From an uncultured Lachnospiraceae bacterium (lineage in GTDB: Bacteria > Bacillota > Clostridia > Christensenellales > UBA1242): a stretch of 61,026 nucleotides of DNA. Every line of letters begins with the position of its first letter. Position 1 is the stretch's first letter. A program made the position numbers and the translations under genes. The DNA lies in contig CAZAYL010000003.1 in the NCBI GenBank assembly GCA_964489405.1, forward strand, positions 1-61,026. The letters run 5' to 3'. Below are positions 28,937 through 37,972 of this stretch, piece by piece. The notes beneath the pieces were generated by a model. It did not search any database, was not told where the DNA came from, and was given only the letters and a program-made list of their open reading frames with translations.

Positions 28937-29578
28937 ATGAATATTTTATTGATAGGAGCGCCAGGTAGTGGCAAGGGCACATTGTCCCAAAAACTTACTG
29001 AGAAATTTGGATTTCAACATCTTTCAACTGGCGACTTGTTTCGCGCAGAAATTGCTCGTGGTACAGAGCGCGGGAAGATCATCGACGAGGCAATAAGCAA
29101 GGGTTTTCTTGCGCCAAGCGATATCCTACTAGAAGTGATGAAAGACCAATTGTCGCAAGAACGCTATAAGGACAACGTTTTGCTTGATGGATTTGGTAAA
29201 ACACTTGAAGAAGCAATTGAACTTGACAATTTCTATAATATTGATAAAGTCATCTACTTAGACGTCGATTATGACAATTTGCTTGGTCGAATACTAAGAA
29301 GACGAATTTGTCCAGATTGTGGAAATGTTACAACAGTTGACATTTCAGGCGAAATATGTGGCAAATGTGGCTCAAAATTAATTATTAGAAGTGACGACAG
29401 TGAGGAAGTTTTTGCTAATAGATTTAAAGTCTTTACTGAGAAAACTCTCCCAATCGTTGATTATTTTGCTAATCAAGGCGTATTGACTAGAATTGATGCA
29501 AACGATACCATAGATGAAAATTTTGTTAAAATTTGCAAAGCAATTAATAGAGATAAAACCCAAGAAGTTGAGCGATAA
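28937..29578 (+). CDS. adk: Adenylate kinase paralogue (copy 2, Cys4 zinc-lid type)
   Basis: P-loop GAPGSGKGT, STGDLFRAE, lid RRRICPDC...CGKC, IRSDD. The canonical DGFPRT is replaced by DGFGKT. Confidence 0.85.
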   Translation: MNILLIGAPGSGKGTLSQKLTEKFGFQHLSTGDLFRAEIARGTERGKIIDEAISKGFLAPSDILLEVMKDQLSQERYKDNVLLDGFGKTLEEAIELDNFYNIDKVIYLDVDYDNLLGRILRRRICPDCGNVTTVDISGEICGKCGSKLIIRSDDSEEVFANRFKVFTEKTLPIVDYFANQGVLTRIDANDTIDENFVKICKAINRDKTQEVER

Positions 29579-29625
29579 CTCTTGAAATAGTTTATTCAAT
29601 GTGTTATAATATAAAGAAGGGTAAA

Positions 29626-30375
29626 ATGAACGTTCATATTAAGACAGCTAGCGAAATAGAGCATATGAGAGTTGCGTGTAAAATTACAGGCGATGCACTT
29701 AAAGTCGTAGAAGATAAAATTAGAGCAGGTATGACGACTAAGATGGTTGACGACATTGTTCGTGATTATATCCATTCTTGCAACGCAAAATGCTCATTCA
29801 AAAATTTGTATGGTTATCCCGCAAATGCGTGCGTGTCAATTAATGAAGAAATTGTGCACGGAATACCGAGCGCAAGTCGTAGAATTGAAGAAGGCGATAT
29901 TGTTTCAGTTGACGTCGGCGCATATATAAAAGGTTTTCACGGCGATGCTGCTAGAACTTTTTGTATTGGACAAGTAAGTGATGAAAAGAAGAAACTTGTC
30001 AAAGTTACTGAAGAAAGCTTCTTTGAGGGTATCAAAGACATCAAGGCAAGTAATTTCGTTGGCGATATATCTTGCAAGGTGCAAGCGTATGCCGAATCAA
30101 ATGGATTCAGCGTCGTTCGTATGCTTGAAGGGCACGGCGTTGGGCGTAATTTGCACGAACCCCCTTCAGTCCCAAACTATGGCAAACCAGGCACAGGTGC
30201 AAAACTTTATGCGGGGATGACAATCGCTATCGAACCAATGATTAATATGGGCAAAAAAGAAATTCTAATGCTAGACGATGATTGGACTATAGTGACCAAA
30301 GATGGCTTGCCAGCTTCTCACTATGAAAATACAGTTTTAATTACGGAAAATGGCGTTGAAATTTTGACGTTATAG
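29626..30375 (+). CDS. map: Type I methionine aminopeptidase
   Basis: VSVDVGAY..GFHGDAARTF, GHGVGRNLHEPP, IAIEPM, HYENTVLIT. I prefer the ATG at 29626, after an AAGAAGGG SD, over the ORF-track start at 29599. Confidence 0.94.
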   Translation: MNVHIKTASEIEHMRVACKITGDALKVVEDKIRAGMTTKMVDDIVRDYIHSCNAKCSFKNLYGYPANACVSINEEIVHGIPSASRRIEEGDIVSVDVGAYIKGFHGDAARTFCIGQVSDEKKKLVKVTEESFFEGIKDIKASNFVGDISCKVQAYAESNGFSVVRMLEGHGVGRNLHEPPSVPNYGKPGTGAKLYAGMTIAIEPMINMGKKEILMLDDDWTIVTKDGLPASHYENTVLITENGVEILTL

Positions 30376-30382
30376 GTGTTTT

Positions 30383-30658
30383 ATGGAAATTGGAACAGTT
30401 GTAAGAAGCAAAGCAGGGCGGGACAAAGGAAAAGCTTATTGTGTGTACAAAATAGTTGACAGAGATTTTGTAGAACTTGTCAATGGGGATTTGAGAAAAA
30501 TTGAAAACCCAAAGCGTAAGCGAATAAAACATTTAGACATTCTAAACTCAAGTGATTTGAAAAATAAATTGGACAAAGGACAAAAAATTTACGATTCAGA
30601 TATCAAAGCGATATTGAATCCCTACAAACAAAGTTTTAATGGAGGTAACGATGCCTAG
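30383..30658 (+). CDS. KOW-domain RNA-binding protein (small conserved gene between map and infA)
   Basis: 91 aa. The N-terminal MEIGTVVRSKAGRDKGK is a KOW motif. This position is typical of Clostridia-type clusters. Confidence 0.75.
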   Translation: MEIGTVVRSKAGRDKGKAYCVYKIVDRDFVELVNGDLRKIENPKRKRIKHLDILNSSDLKNKLDKGQKIYDSDIKAILNPYKQSFNGGNDA

Positions 30659-30884
30659 AGGTGAAGGAATTGAATTTGAAGGTATAGTTGTTGAGGTAAT
30701 ACGCAATGCTGTTTATAAGGTGAAATTACCAAATGAGCACATCATAGAAGCGTATGTAGCTGGACGACTTGCGCAAAGACATATTGAAGTTCTAGAAGGC
30801 GATAAAGTAACGGTTGAACTATCTCCTTATGACATCAATAAGGGTAGAATCACATATCGTGGTGATAAGAAGAAAAGAAATTAA
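30651..30884 (+). CDS. infA: Translation initiation factor IF-1
   Basis: IEFEGIVVEVIRNAVYKVKL...GDKVTVELSPYDINKGRITYR. A GGAGG SD (30641-45) precedes the ATG at 30651. It overlaps the KOW gene by 8 nt. Confidence 0.93.
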   Translation: MPRGEGIEFEGIVVEVIRNAVYKVKLPNEHIIEAYVAGRLAQRHIEVLEGDKVTVELSPYDINKGRITYRGDKKKRN

Positions 30885-30902
30885 GGCAAAGGAGCAAAGA
30901 AA

Positions 30903-31016
30903 ATGAAAGTAAGGTCATCAGTGAAGCCAATGTGCGATAAATGCAAAGTTATCAAACGCGACGGCAAAGTTATGGTTATTTGCCCAAACAAAAAGCATAA
31001 ACAAGTACAAGGCTAA
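30903..31016 (+). CDS. rpmJ: 50S ribosomal protein L36 (zinc-binding form)
   Basis: Not in the ORF track (37 aa). My own translation gives [37 protein letters not shown], with CxxC...CxxxxH. AAGGAG SD upstream. Confidence 0.93.
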   Translation: MKVRSSVKPMCDKCKVIKRDGKVMVICPNKKHKQVQG

Positions 31017-31092
31017 TTAAATTGTTTGTACGTAAGCATAGAATTTTGATTTTGCGTGCATATTTACGTATGAACAATAAAAGTAAAAATAC

Positions 31093-31140
31093 CGCAGACT
31101 ATCGCGGCTACACAAATTCCACCTTTGTGTCTAGTTTGCG
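31093..31140 (+). promoter_or_regulatory. Nested RNA structure in the rpmJ-rpsM spacer (candidate alpha-operon leader element)
   Basis: Outer helix CGCAGACTA (31093-31101) / TAGTTTGCG (31132-31140; 9 bp, 1 G-U). It encloses the hairpin ACACAAA (31110-16), loop TTCCACC, TTTGTGT (31124-30). It lies ~30 nt upstream of the rpsM start. Confidence 0.4.
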
Positions 31141-31171
31141 TTTATATAAAGAATAAAAATCGGAGGAAAAT

Positions 31172-31540
31172 ATGGCAAGAATTGCTGGTGTCGACCTTCC
31201 AAAAGAGAAAAGAGTTGAAATTGGTTTGACTTATATTTATGGAATTGGTCGCACAACATCAAATAAAATTTTGAAAGAAACTGGCGTAAATCCTGACACT
31301 CGCGTCAAAGATTTGACCGAAGAAGAATCAACGCTAATTAGAAACTATATTGATAAAAATCTAAAAGTCGAGGGCGAACTTAAGTCTGAAGTTTTGATGA
31401 ATGTGAAGCGTCTTCAAGAAATTGGATGCTATCGTGGTATTCGTCATAGACGTGGTCTTCCTGTTCGTGGACAAAGAACAAAAACAAATGCTCGTACGAG
31501 AAAAGGCGCTAAAAAGACTGTTTCTCGCGGTAAGAAATAG
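31172..31540 (+). CDS. rpsM: 30S ribosomal protein S13
   Basis: [26 protein letters not shown]...[23 protein letters not shown]. Confidence 0.97.
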   Translation: MARIAGVDLPKEKRVEIGLTYIYGIGRTTSNKILKETGVNPDTRVKDLTEEESTLIRNYIDKNLKVEGELKSEVLMNVKRLQEIGCYRGIRHRRGLPVRGQRTKTNARTRKGAKKTVSRGKK

Positions 31541-31549
31541 GAGTAATTT

Positions 31550-31942
31550 ATGGCAACAATAAATAAATCTACTAAGAAAAAAAGAAGTACGAAAAATCTT
31601 GACAAAGGTCAAGTTCATATCAAATCGACATTCAATAACTGTATGGTAACAGTAACAGACGAACAAGGAAATGTTATTTCTTGGTCGAGTTCTGGAAGCC
31701 TTGGGTTTAGAAATTCGAAAAAGGATACACCTTATGCAGCTGCACAAGTTGCTGAAACCGCTGTTAGAGCAGCAAAAGAGCAAGGTTTAAGGTCAGTCGA
31801 TGTATTCGTAAAGGGCGCAGGTCGTGGCAGAGAAGCGGCTATCAGAGCGCTTGGAAATGCGGAAATAGCTGTTACATCAATCAAAGATGTATCATCAATA
31901 CCTTTTAATGGTTGCCGTCCGCCGAAGAAGAGAAGAATTTAG
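31550..31942 (+). CDS. rpsK: 30S ribosomal protein S11
   Basis: [34 protein letters not shown]...[17 protein letters not shown]. Confidence 0.97.
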   Translation: MATINKSTKKKRSTKNLDKGQVHIKSTFNNCMVTVTDEQGNVISWSSSGSLGFRNSKKDTPYAAAQVAETAVRAAKEQGLRSVDVFVKGAGRGREAAIRALGNAEIAVTSIKDVSSIPFNGCRPPKKRRI

Positions 31943-31951
31943 GAGAAGATT

Positions 31952-32578
31952 ATGGCAAAATATACTGATGCTGATTGCCGTTTGTGCAGAAGAGAGGGTT
32001 GCAAACTTTTCTTGAAAGGTGACAGATGCTTGAGTGGTAAATGTGCTATGGAGCGTCGTGCAACAGTCCCTGGACAACACGGGGCACAAAATGCTCGCAA
32101 GAAACAAAGTGAGTATGGGATGCAACTTAGAGAAAAGCAAAAAATTAAGAGATATTATGGATTGCTTGAAAGACAATTTCATAACACATATGAAACAGCT
32201 GATCGTATGAAAGGAAACACTGGTGAAAACCTTTTGCAACTTTTGGAAAGACGTCTTGATAATGTTGTTTATCGTATGGGACTTGGCGAAAGTAGAGCGA
32301 AATGTCGTCAAATCGTAAATCACGGGCACATTACAGTTAACGGAAAAGTTGTTGATATTCCATCATATGTAGTTTCAGTTGGCGATGTTATCGCTGTCAA
32401 AGAAGGACGCGGAGATAACGGACTTTTCAAAGAACTTGGAAAGACAAAGATTACAACTCCAAAATGGCTTGAATTTGACACAAAAACATTAGCTGGCAAA
32501 ATCAATGCGCTTCCGCAAAGAGAAGATATCGATATGCGCTTTGCAGAGCACTTGGTTATCGAACTTTATAGCAAATAA
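31952..32578 (+). CDS. rpsD: 30S ribosomal protein S4 (Cys4 N-terminal zinc-finger form)
   Basis: [31 protein letters not shown]..., with a C-terminal S4 domain ([31 protein letters not shown]). Confidence 0.96.
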   Translation: MAKYTDADCRLCRREGCKLFLKGDRCLSGKCAMERRATVPGQHGAQNARKKQSEYGMQLREKQKIKRYYGLLERQFHNTYETADRMKGNTGENLLQLLERRLDNVVYRMGLGESRAKCRQIVNHGHITVNGKVVDIPSYVVSVGDVIAVKEGRGDNGLFKELGKTKITTPKWLEFDTKTLAGKINALPQREDIDMRFAEHLVIELYSK

Positions 32579-32647
32579 TAAAAGTAATTGCAATGTAAAA
32601 TTGCGATTTATAGTTTTCTATTTTAGAATTAGGAGGATTTGTAGTTT

Positions 32648-33601
32648 ATGATGCAAATCGAAAAACCAAAAATCACAGTTGAAGAAAATGCTGACGGTAG
32701 CTTTGCAAAAGTTATTGTTGAACCACTCGAAAGAGGCTTTGGCACAACACTTGGAAATAGTTTTAGGAGAGTGTTGCTTGCTTCATTGCCAGGAATAGCA
32801 CCTGTGGCAATTAGAATTGCTGGCATAGCACACGAATTTTCGAATGTAAAAGGGGTCAAGGAAGATGTTTCAGACATTATCCTAAATCTCAAAAATATCG
32901 CACTTTCAACGACAAGTAGCGACCCTGAGTTCAAAACGACTTTGAGACTTAACAAAAAGGGAGCAGGGGTGTTGAAAGCAAAAGATATTGAATATCCAAT
33001 TGATGTTGAGTGCAAAAATCCAGAACTATATCTATGCACGCTAGATGATGACGCAGACTTAGAAATGGAAATTACCATTGCACGCGGGCGCGGATATGTA
33101 CCTTCCACTCAAAATAAGAGCGAAATTGAAAGTATCGGTTATATTGCCGTTGATTCAATATTCACTCCAGTAAAAGCCGCGAACTTTTATTTGGAAGGAG
33201 CTCGCGTTGGACACAATATGGGTTACGACAAATTAATTTTGGAAATTACTACTAATGGCACAAGACGTGCGGTTGAAGTTGCAAGTCTTGCAGGTAAGGT
33301 ATTGCAAGACCACACACAATTGTTTGTTGACCTTGTCGATGATATGGCGAATACTGAGATTCTTGTTAGCCCTGAAGAGGACAAAAATACTAAAATTATG
33401 AGTATGAGTATTGAGGAACTTGAACTTTCAGTGCGCAGTCACAACTGCTTAAAGAGAGCAAATATAAACACAGTTGAAGACTTGGTAAAGAAATCAAAAG
33501 ATGATATGTTAAAAGTCAAAAATCTCGGGGCAAAATCACTTGAAGAAGTAATCGAAAAGATGGAAAGCCTTGGACTCAAATTAAGAGATGACGAAGAATA
33601 A
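32648..33601 (+). CDS. rpoA: DNA-directed RNA polymerase subunit alpha
   Basis: N-terminal domain (GFGTTLGNSFRRVLLASLPG) and C-terminal domain (IEELELSVRSHNCLKRANINTVEDL). Confidence 0.96.
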   Translation: MMQIEKPKITVEENADGSFAKVIVEPLERGFGTTLGNSFRRVLLASLPGIAPVAIRIAGIAHEFSNVKGVKEDVSDIILNLKNIALSTTSSDPEFKTTLRLNKKGAGVLKAKDIEYPIDVECKNPELYLCTLDDDADLEMEITIARGRGYVPSTQNKSEIESIGYIAVDSIFTPVKAANFYLEGARVGHNMGYDKLILEITTNGTRRAVEVASLAGKVLQDHTQLFVDLVDDMANTEILVSPEEDKNTKIMSMSIEELELSVRSHNCLKRANINTVEDLVKKSKDDMLKVKNLGAKSLEEVIEKMESLGLKLRDDEE

Positions 33602-33617
33602 ATAAAGGAGAGAACAA

Positions 33618-34127
33618 ATGGCAATAAACAAATTAGGTAAAAGAACAGATTTGCGTATGGCTATTTTGCGTGGACAATTAACTGACTTTTTGTGGAAAGG
33701 ATATCTTGAAACAACGCTTGACAGAGCACAATCAGTTTCTCGTCTTGCTGACAAAGTGTTGACACTCGCTATAAATAATTATTCAGATACAGTTGAAGTC
33801 GAAAAACCTTATGTCAATGAAAAAGGCGAAAAGACAACGCGAAAAGTGTTGAATGATGGTGTTAAGAAGCTTAATGCACGTCGCAAAATTATGGCAATGG
33901 TCAATGATGTTCAGGAACAACGTTTAGATGGCGAAAAGAAGGAAGATTTCAAAACACGTACTGAAGACGTCGCTCACCCATTGATTGAGAAAATTTTCAA
34001 TGTATACGCTCCAAAGTATGCTACAAGAAATGAAGAATGCGGACAAGGTGGCGGATATACAAGAATCATCAAGCTTGGACAACGTCGTGGTGATGGCGCA
34101 TTGAAAGTTAGAATCGAACTCATTTAG
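33618..34127 (+). CDS. rplQ: 50S ribosomal protein L17 (long form, 169 aa)
   Basis: KLGKRTDLRMAILRGQ... and a C-terminal GGYTRIIKLGQRRGDGALKVRIELI. About 50 extra residues are inserted in the middle. Confidence 0.93.
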   Translation: MAINKLGKRTDLRMAILRGQLTDFLWKGYLETTLDRAQSVSRLADKVLTLAINNYSDTVEVEKPYVNEKGEKTTRKVLNDGVKKLNARRKIMAMVNDVQEQRLDGEKKEDFKTRTEDVAHPLIEKIFNVYAPKYATRNEECGQGGGYTRIIKLGQRRGDGALKVRIELI

Positions 34128-34184
34128 TTCAATTTGTAAATTGATTAGAATACAATTTAAAGTAAATGAATTGTAATGTATATA

Positions 34185-34221
34185 AGCAAGGGTTGAAAAT
34201 GTAGGTGCCCTTGCTTTTTTA
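34185..34221 (+). terminator. Intrinsic terminator closing the ribosomal-protein cluster
   Basis: AGCAAGGG (34185-34192) / CCCTTGCT (34208-34215), followed by a T6 run. Confidence 0.75.
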
Positions 34222-34396
34222 GTTGCATTGTTGTATAAGAATTACACTTTAATAGCCGTTTTACAATAATTTTGATACCTTAATTTCTTGGGGGTATATT
34301 TTATTTTTAGTGTGCAAGAAAACAGTAAACGTAAGCCACTGCTATTTATTTTGAAAAACATATAAAATGTGATAAAATAACGACAAGGAGAAAGTT

Positions 34397-35041
34397 ATGG
34401 AACTAAATCAATACATCGACCACACGCTTTTGAAAGCAACTGCCACACAAAGAGATATTGAAAATTTGTGTAGGGAAGCGAAAAAATATAATTTTTGCGC
34501 TGTTTGCGTAAATCCGTGTTATGTGTGTACAGCAAAAAGAGAGTTAAAAAATTCAAGTGTCAAAGTTTGTACAGTTATTGGGTTTCCATTAGGGCAAAAT
34601 TCTACAAAGATAAAATATCTAGAAGCAAAGAGTGCTATTAAGGATGGCGCCGACGAAATAGACGTTGTTATCAATATTGGGGCAGTGCTTTCACAAAATT
34701 ATGATTATATCACTAACGAACTTGTTGCCATACGCAAAATTTCAAAGAACAAAATTATGAAAGTTATTGTCGAAACTTGTTACTTAAGCACTGAGCAAAT
34801 CGAAAAATTGACGCAATTGTGTGTTCAAGTCGGTGCTGACTATATCAAAACAAGTACGGGTTTTGGTACGCGTGGAACAAGCGTTGACGATGTCAAAACG
34901 ATGGCAAGAGCAGGGAAAGGAGCTATTAAAATTAAGGCAAGTGGCGGTATTAAAACAAGAGAATTTGCGGAAGAACTAATTAATGCAGGCGCAACACGCA
35001 TAGGTACGAGTAGTGGTGTTGCACTTGTGGCAAAGGAGTAA
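34397..35041 (+). CDS. deoC: Deoxyribose-phosphate aldolase
   Basis: LNQYIDHTLLKATAT...FCAVCVNPCYV...DYIKTSTGF...IKASGGI. Confidence 0.92.
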   Translation: MELNQYIDHTLLKATATQRDIENLCREAKKYNFCAVCVNPCYVCTAKRELKNSSVKVCTVIGFPLGQNSTKIKYLEAKSAIKDGADEIDVVINIGAVLSQNYDYITNELVAIRKISKNKIMKVIVETCYLSTEQIEKLTQLCVQVGADYIKTSTGFGTRGTSVDDVKTMARAGKGAIKIKASGGIKTREFAEELINAGATRIGTSSGVALVAKE

Positions 35042-35045
35042 AATT

Positions 35046-35711
35046 ATGTCAAAAAATAAGTTAAATGGACGTGGTTTTAACGATTGGAACAATAAGGTTG
35101 ATAATTTTGATTATAACAAACGCGTAAGTGAAATTGACGGCAAATTTGTAAAACCCAAAGAAAGTAATGAAAATGAGCCAATTTTTGGTGAATTAAACGA
35201 CAAAATTGATGAAAAGATTAATAATGCCAACAAAGCTTGTAGCGAACAAAATCTCAATGAGATGACTCAAAACAGTGATGAGCAAAACGCTCAAGAATAT
35301 TCACACGAAAACTACAAGAAATCAAAGCACGAACTTATTGCCGAACAAATTATTGCTGACCTTCAAAACAAAAATAGCGAAACACAAAGCAAATGCGAGC
35401 CAGCAAAAGAACTCGGCGCGGACATAATGGAAAAGCGCAAAGGCGATTTTCCGATGTTAGTTGCAATATTTGTGTCACACTGCATTTTGTTTGGACTAGC
35501 AATTATGTTGTTTTTTATTAAACTAAATACAAGCGAAATTGGTAAAGATTTAATTAATTATTTTTTCTCAATTTTTTTAGTAATTTTATATGTAGCATTA
35601 TTATTTATTGAACTATTTTTGCAACTTAAGTGTCAAAAACGAGCAGGAAAGGCGCTGATTTTGACATCTATATTGCTAATTTTCCCAACTATCGGAATTT
35701 TGATACCATAA
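35046..35711 (+). CDS. Hypothetical membrane protein (disordered N-terminal half, C-terminal TM helices)
   Basis: I prefer the ATG at 35046 (GGAG SD 6 nt upstream) over the ORF-track start at 35013, which lies inside deoC. The N/E/K-rich N-terminal half is followed by hydrophobic helices (MLVAIFVSHCILFGLAIMLFFI, FFSIFLVILYVALLFIELFL, LILTSILLIFPTIGILI). Confidence 0.6.
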   Translation: MSKNKLNGRGFNDWNNKVDNFDYNKRVSEIDGKFVKPKESNENEPIFGELNDKIDEKINNANKACSEQNLNEMTQNSDEQNAQEYSHENYKKSKHELIAEQIIADLQNKNSETQSKCEPAKELGADIMEKRKGDFPMLVAIFVSHCILFGLAIMLFFIKLNTSEIGKDLINYFFSIFLVILYVALLFIELFLQLKCQKRAGKALILTSILLIFPTIGILIP

Positions 35712-35757
35712 TTTACACATTAATGCAAATACAAATAAAATGAGTTTGTTAAAAACG

Positions 35758-35786
35758 TTGAAAAACACTGAAAAATGTGGTATAAT
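35758..35786 (+). promoter_or_regulatory. Promoter of the tex-serS unit (TTGAAA-17-TGgTATAAT)
   Basis: TTGAAA 35758-35763, 17-nt spacer containing TG at 35778-79, TATAAT 35781-35786. Confidence 0.6.
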
Positions 35787-35813
35787 TAAGTATTCAATAA
35801 ATAGGAGAAATTT

Positions 35814-37964
35814 ATGACAATAGTTGAAACATTAACACAAGAATTCTCGATGAGTGAATTCCACGTGAATAACATAATTGGGCTAATTGATGAAGGATGC
35901 ACAATCCCATTTATTGCCCGCTACCGCAAAGAAATGACTGGGTCAGCAAGCGACGAAGTCTTGCGCGAATTTTCAGACAGACTCACATATTTGCGAAACT
36001 TGACAAACCGCAAAGAAGAAGTCGCCCGACTTATTACTGAGCAAGAAAAAATGACACCCGAAATTCAAACAGCGCTCGATAATGCCAAAACTATGACTGA
36101 AGTTGAGGATATTTATCGCCCATTCAAGCCAAAACGCAAAACGCGCGCATCAGTGGCAATTGCAAAAGGTTTGCAACCTCTTGCCGATTATATTTTTGCA
36201 CAAAGCGCAACTCAAGACCTAAATGAATATGCAAACACTTTCATAAACGACGAAGTTGCAACATCTGATGACGCAATTCAGGGGGCAAAAGACATCATCG
36301 CCGAAATGATTTCCGATAACGCCGAAATGCGCAAAGCCCTCCGCACTTTGTTTGGACAGTATGCTAAAATCATGTCCAAATTGACAGACAATGAAGACGC
36401 GAAAAAGTATGAAGTATACAAGGCGTTCAGCGAAAAAGTCGAAACAATTCCAAGCCACCGCATACTCGCACTCAATCGTGGCGAAAAAGAAGATTGTCTT
36501 AAAGTCGACATTGAAATGGACGAAGCACGCTCGCTTGAACTTCTGAAAGAAATGTTTAAGAAGAAAAATGGCGACTATGACGAAATTATGGATGAAGTTA
36601 TCGCGGACTCATATTCGCGTTTGATTGAAACTTCAATTGCGCGCGAAATTCGCAACATTTTGACCGACATCGCAAACGAACAAGCAATCAAAATGTTTGA
36701 ACTTAATCTCCGTCCCTTACTTATGCAACCACCACTCAAAGGTAAAGTTGTCTTGGGCTTTGACCCCGCTTACAGAACGGGTTGCAAACTTGCAGTCGTC
36801 GACGCCAACGGTAATTTGTTAGATTTCAAAGTTGTATATCCAACCCCGCCACAAAATGACATCGACGGCGCAAAAACTATAATCAAAGATTTGATTGATA
36901 AATACAAAATCGACGTAATATCAATAGGAAACGGAACGGCAAGCAAAGAAAGTGAAATTTTTGTTGCCAACCTATTAAAGGAAATCGACCGCCCAGTTAC
37001 ATACGCGATGACAAATGAAGCTGGTGCATCGGTTTATAGCGCGTCAAAACTCGGAACAGAAGAGTTTCCGCAGTATGACGTTACAGTCCGCAGTGCAACA
37101 AGCATCGCGCGCCGTCTACAAGATCCGCTCGCTGAACTCATCAAGATTGACACTAAGTCAATCGGTGTTGGGCAGTACCAGCACGATATGCCACAAGCAA
37201 GACTTGGACAAGTTCTCGACGGCGTTGTCGAAGATTGTGTCAATAGTGTTGGCGTCGACATCAACACCGCCTCATACCCCTTGCTCGCTAGAATATCAGG
37301 GCTTAATATGGGCACCGCGAAAAAAATTGTTGAATACCGCAAAGAGCACGGCGCTTTCAAAACGCGTAGCGAATTATTGAATGTTCCAAAATTTGGCGAA
37401 AAAGCGTACACGCAATGTGCAGGTTTCTTGCGTATTGTCGGTGCAGACAATATACTTGACAACACAGCTGTCCACCCCGAAAGTTATTCTTCCGCTGAGA
37501 AAATGCTCAAAACTTTAGGTTATACGGAAGCTGATGTTAAAAACAACGGCGTCGAACTCTTGCGAAAGAAAGCTGAACACTATGGTCTTGAAAAACTCGC
37601 TGAAGAATGCGGAGTCGGGGTTCCAACACTTGAAGACATTATTGATGAACTTATGAAACCAGGGAGAGATATTCGCGACTCACTACCACAACCAATTTTA
37701 CGCACGGACGTTATGGATATAAACGACCTACAAAAAAATATGGTATTCGACGGCGTTGTTAGAAATGTCGTTGATTTTGGCGTGTTTGTCGATATAGGCG
37801 TTCATCAAGATGGGCTTGTTCATATTTCCGAAATATGCGATAGATACATCAAGCACCCGTCTGAAGAGGTGAAAGTTGGCGACCAAGTTAAAGTAAAAAT
37901 TAAGGACGTAGACGTTGAAAGAAATAAAATTTCTCTTTCAATGAAATTAGATAAAGAATTTTAG
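35814..37964 (+). CDS. tex: Tex-family transcription accessory protein (YqgF-like, HhH and S1 domains)
   Basis: 716 aa. N-terminal IARYRKEMTG motif, central GFDPAYRTGCKLAVVD (YqgF/RuvC-like), C-terminal S1 domain FDGVVRNVVDFGVFVDIGVHQDGLVHISE. Confidence 0.9.
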   Translation: MTIVETLTQEFSMSEFHVNNIIGLIDEGCTIPFIARYRKEMTGSASDEVLREFSDRLTYLRNLTNRKEEVARLITEQEKMTPEIQTALDNAKTMTEVEDIYRPFKPKRKTRASVAIAKGLQPLADYIFAQSATQDLNEYANTFINDEVATSDDAIQGAKDIIAEMISDNAEMRKALRTLFGQYAKIMSKLTDNEDAKKYEVYKAFSEKVETIPSHRILALNRGEKEDCLKVDIEMDEARSLELLKEMFKKKNGDYDEIMDEVIADSYSRLIETSIAREIRNILTDIANEQAIKMFELNLRPLLMQPPLKGKVVLGFDPAYRTGCKLAVVDANGNLLDFKVVYPTPPQNDIDGAKTIIKDLIDKYKIDVISIGNGTASKESEIFVANLLKEIDRPVTYAMTNEAGASVYSASKLGTEEFPQYDVTVRSATSIARRLQDPLAELIKIDTKSIGVGQYQHDMPQARLGQVLDGVVEDCVNSVGVDINTASYPLLARISGLNMGTAKKIVEYRKEHGAFKTRSELLNVPKFGEKAYTQCAGFLRIVGADNILDNTAVHPESYSSAEKMLKTLGYTEADVKNNGVELLRKKAEHYGLEKLAEECGVGVPTLEDIIDELMKPGRDIRDSLPQPILRTDVMDINDLQKNMVFDGVVRNVVDFGVFVDIGVHQDGLVHISEICDRYIKHPSEEVKVGDQVKVKIKDVDVERNKISLSMKLDKEF

Positions 37965-37972
37965 GAGAAAAA

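Noticed and set aside
28937-29578. The second adk as a decaying pseudogene.
   Set aside because: The ORF is full length, with an intact P-loop, zinc lid and lid arginines and no frameshifts or stops. It is treated as a functional paralogue pending tests.
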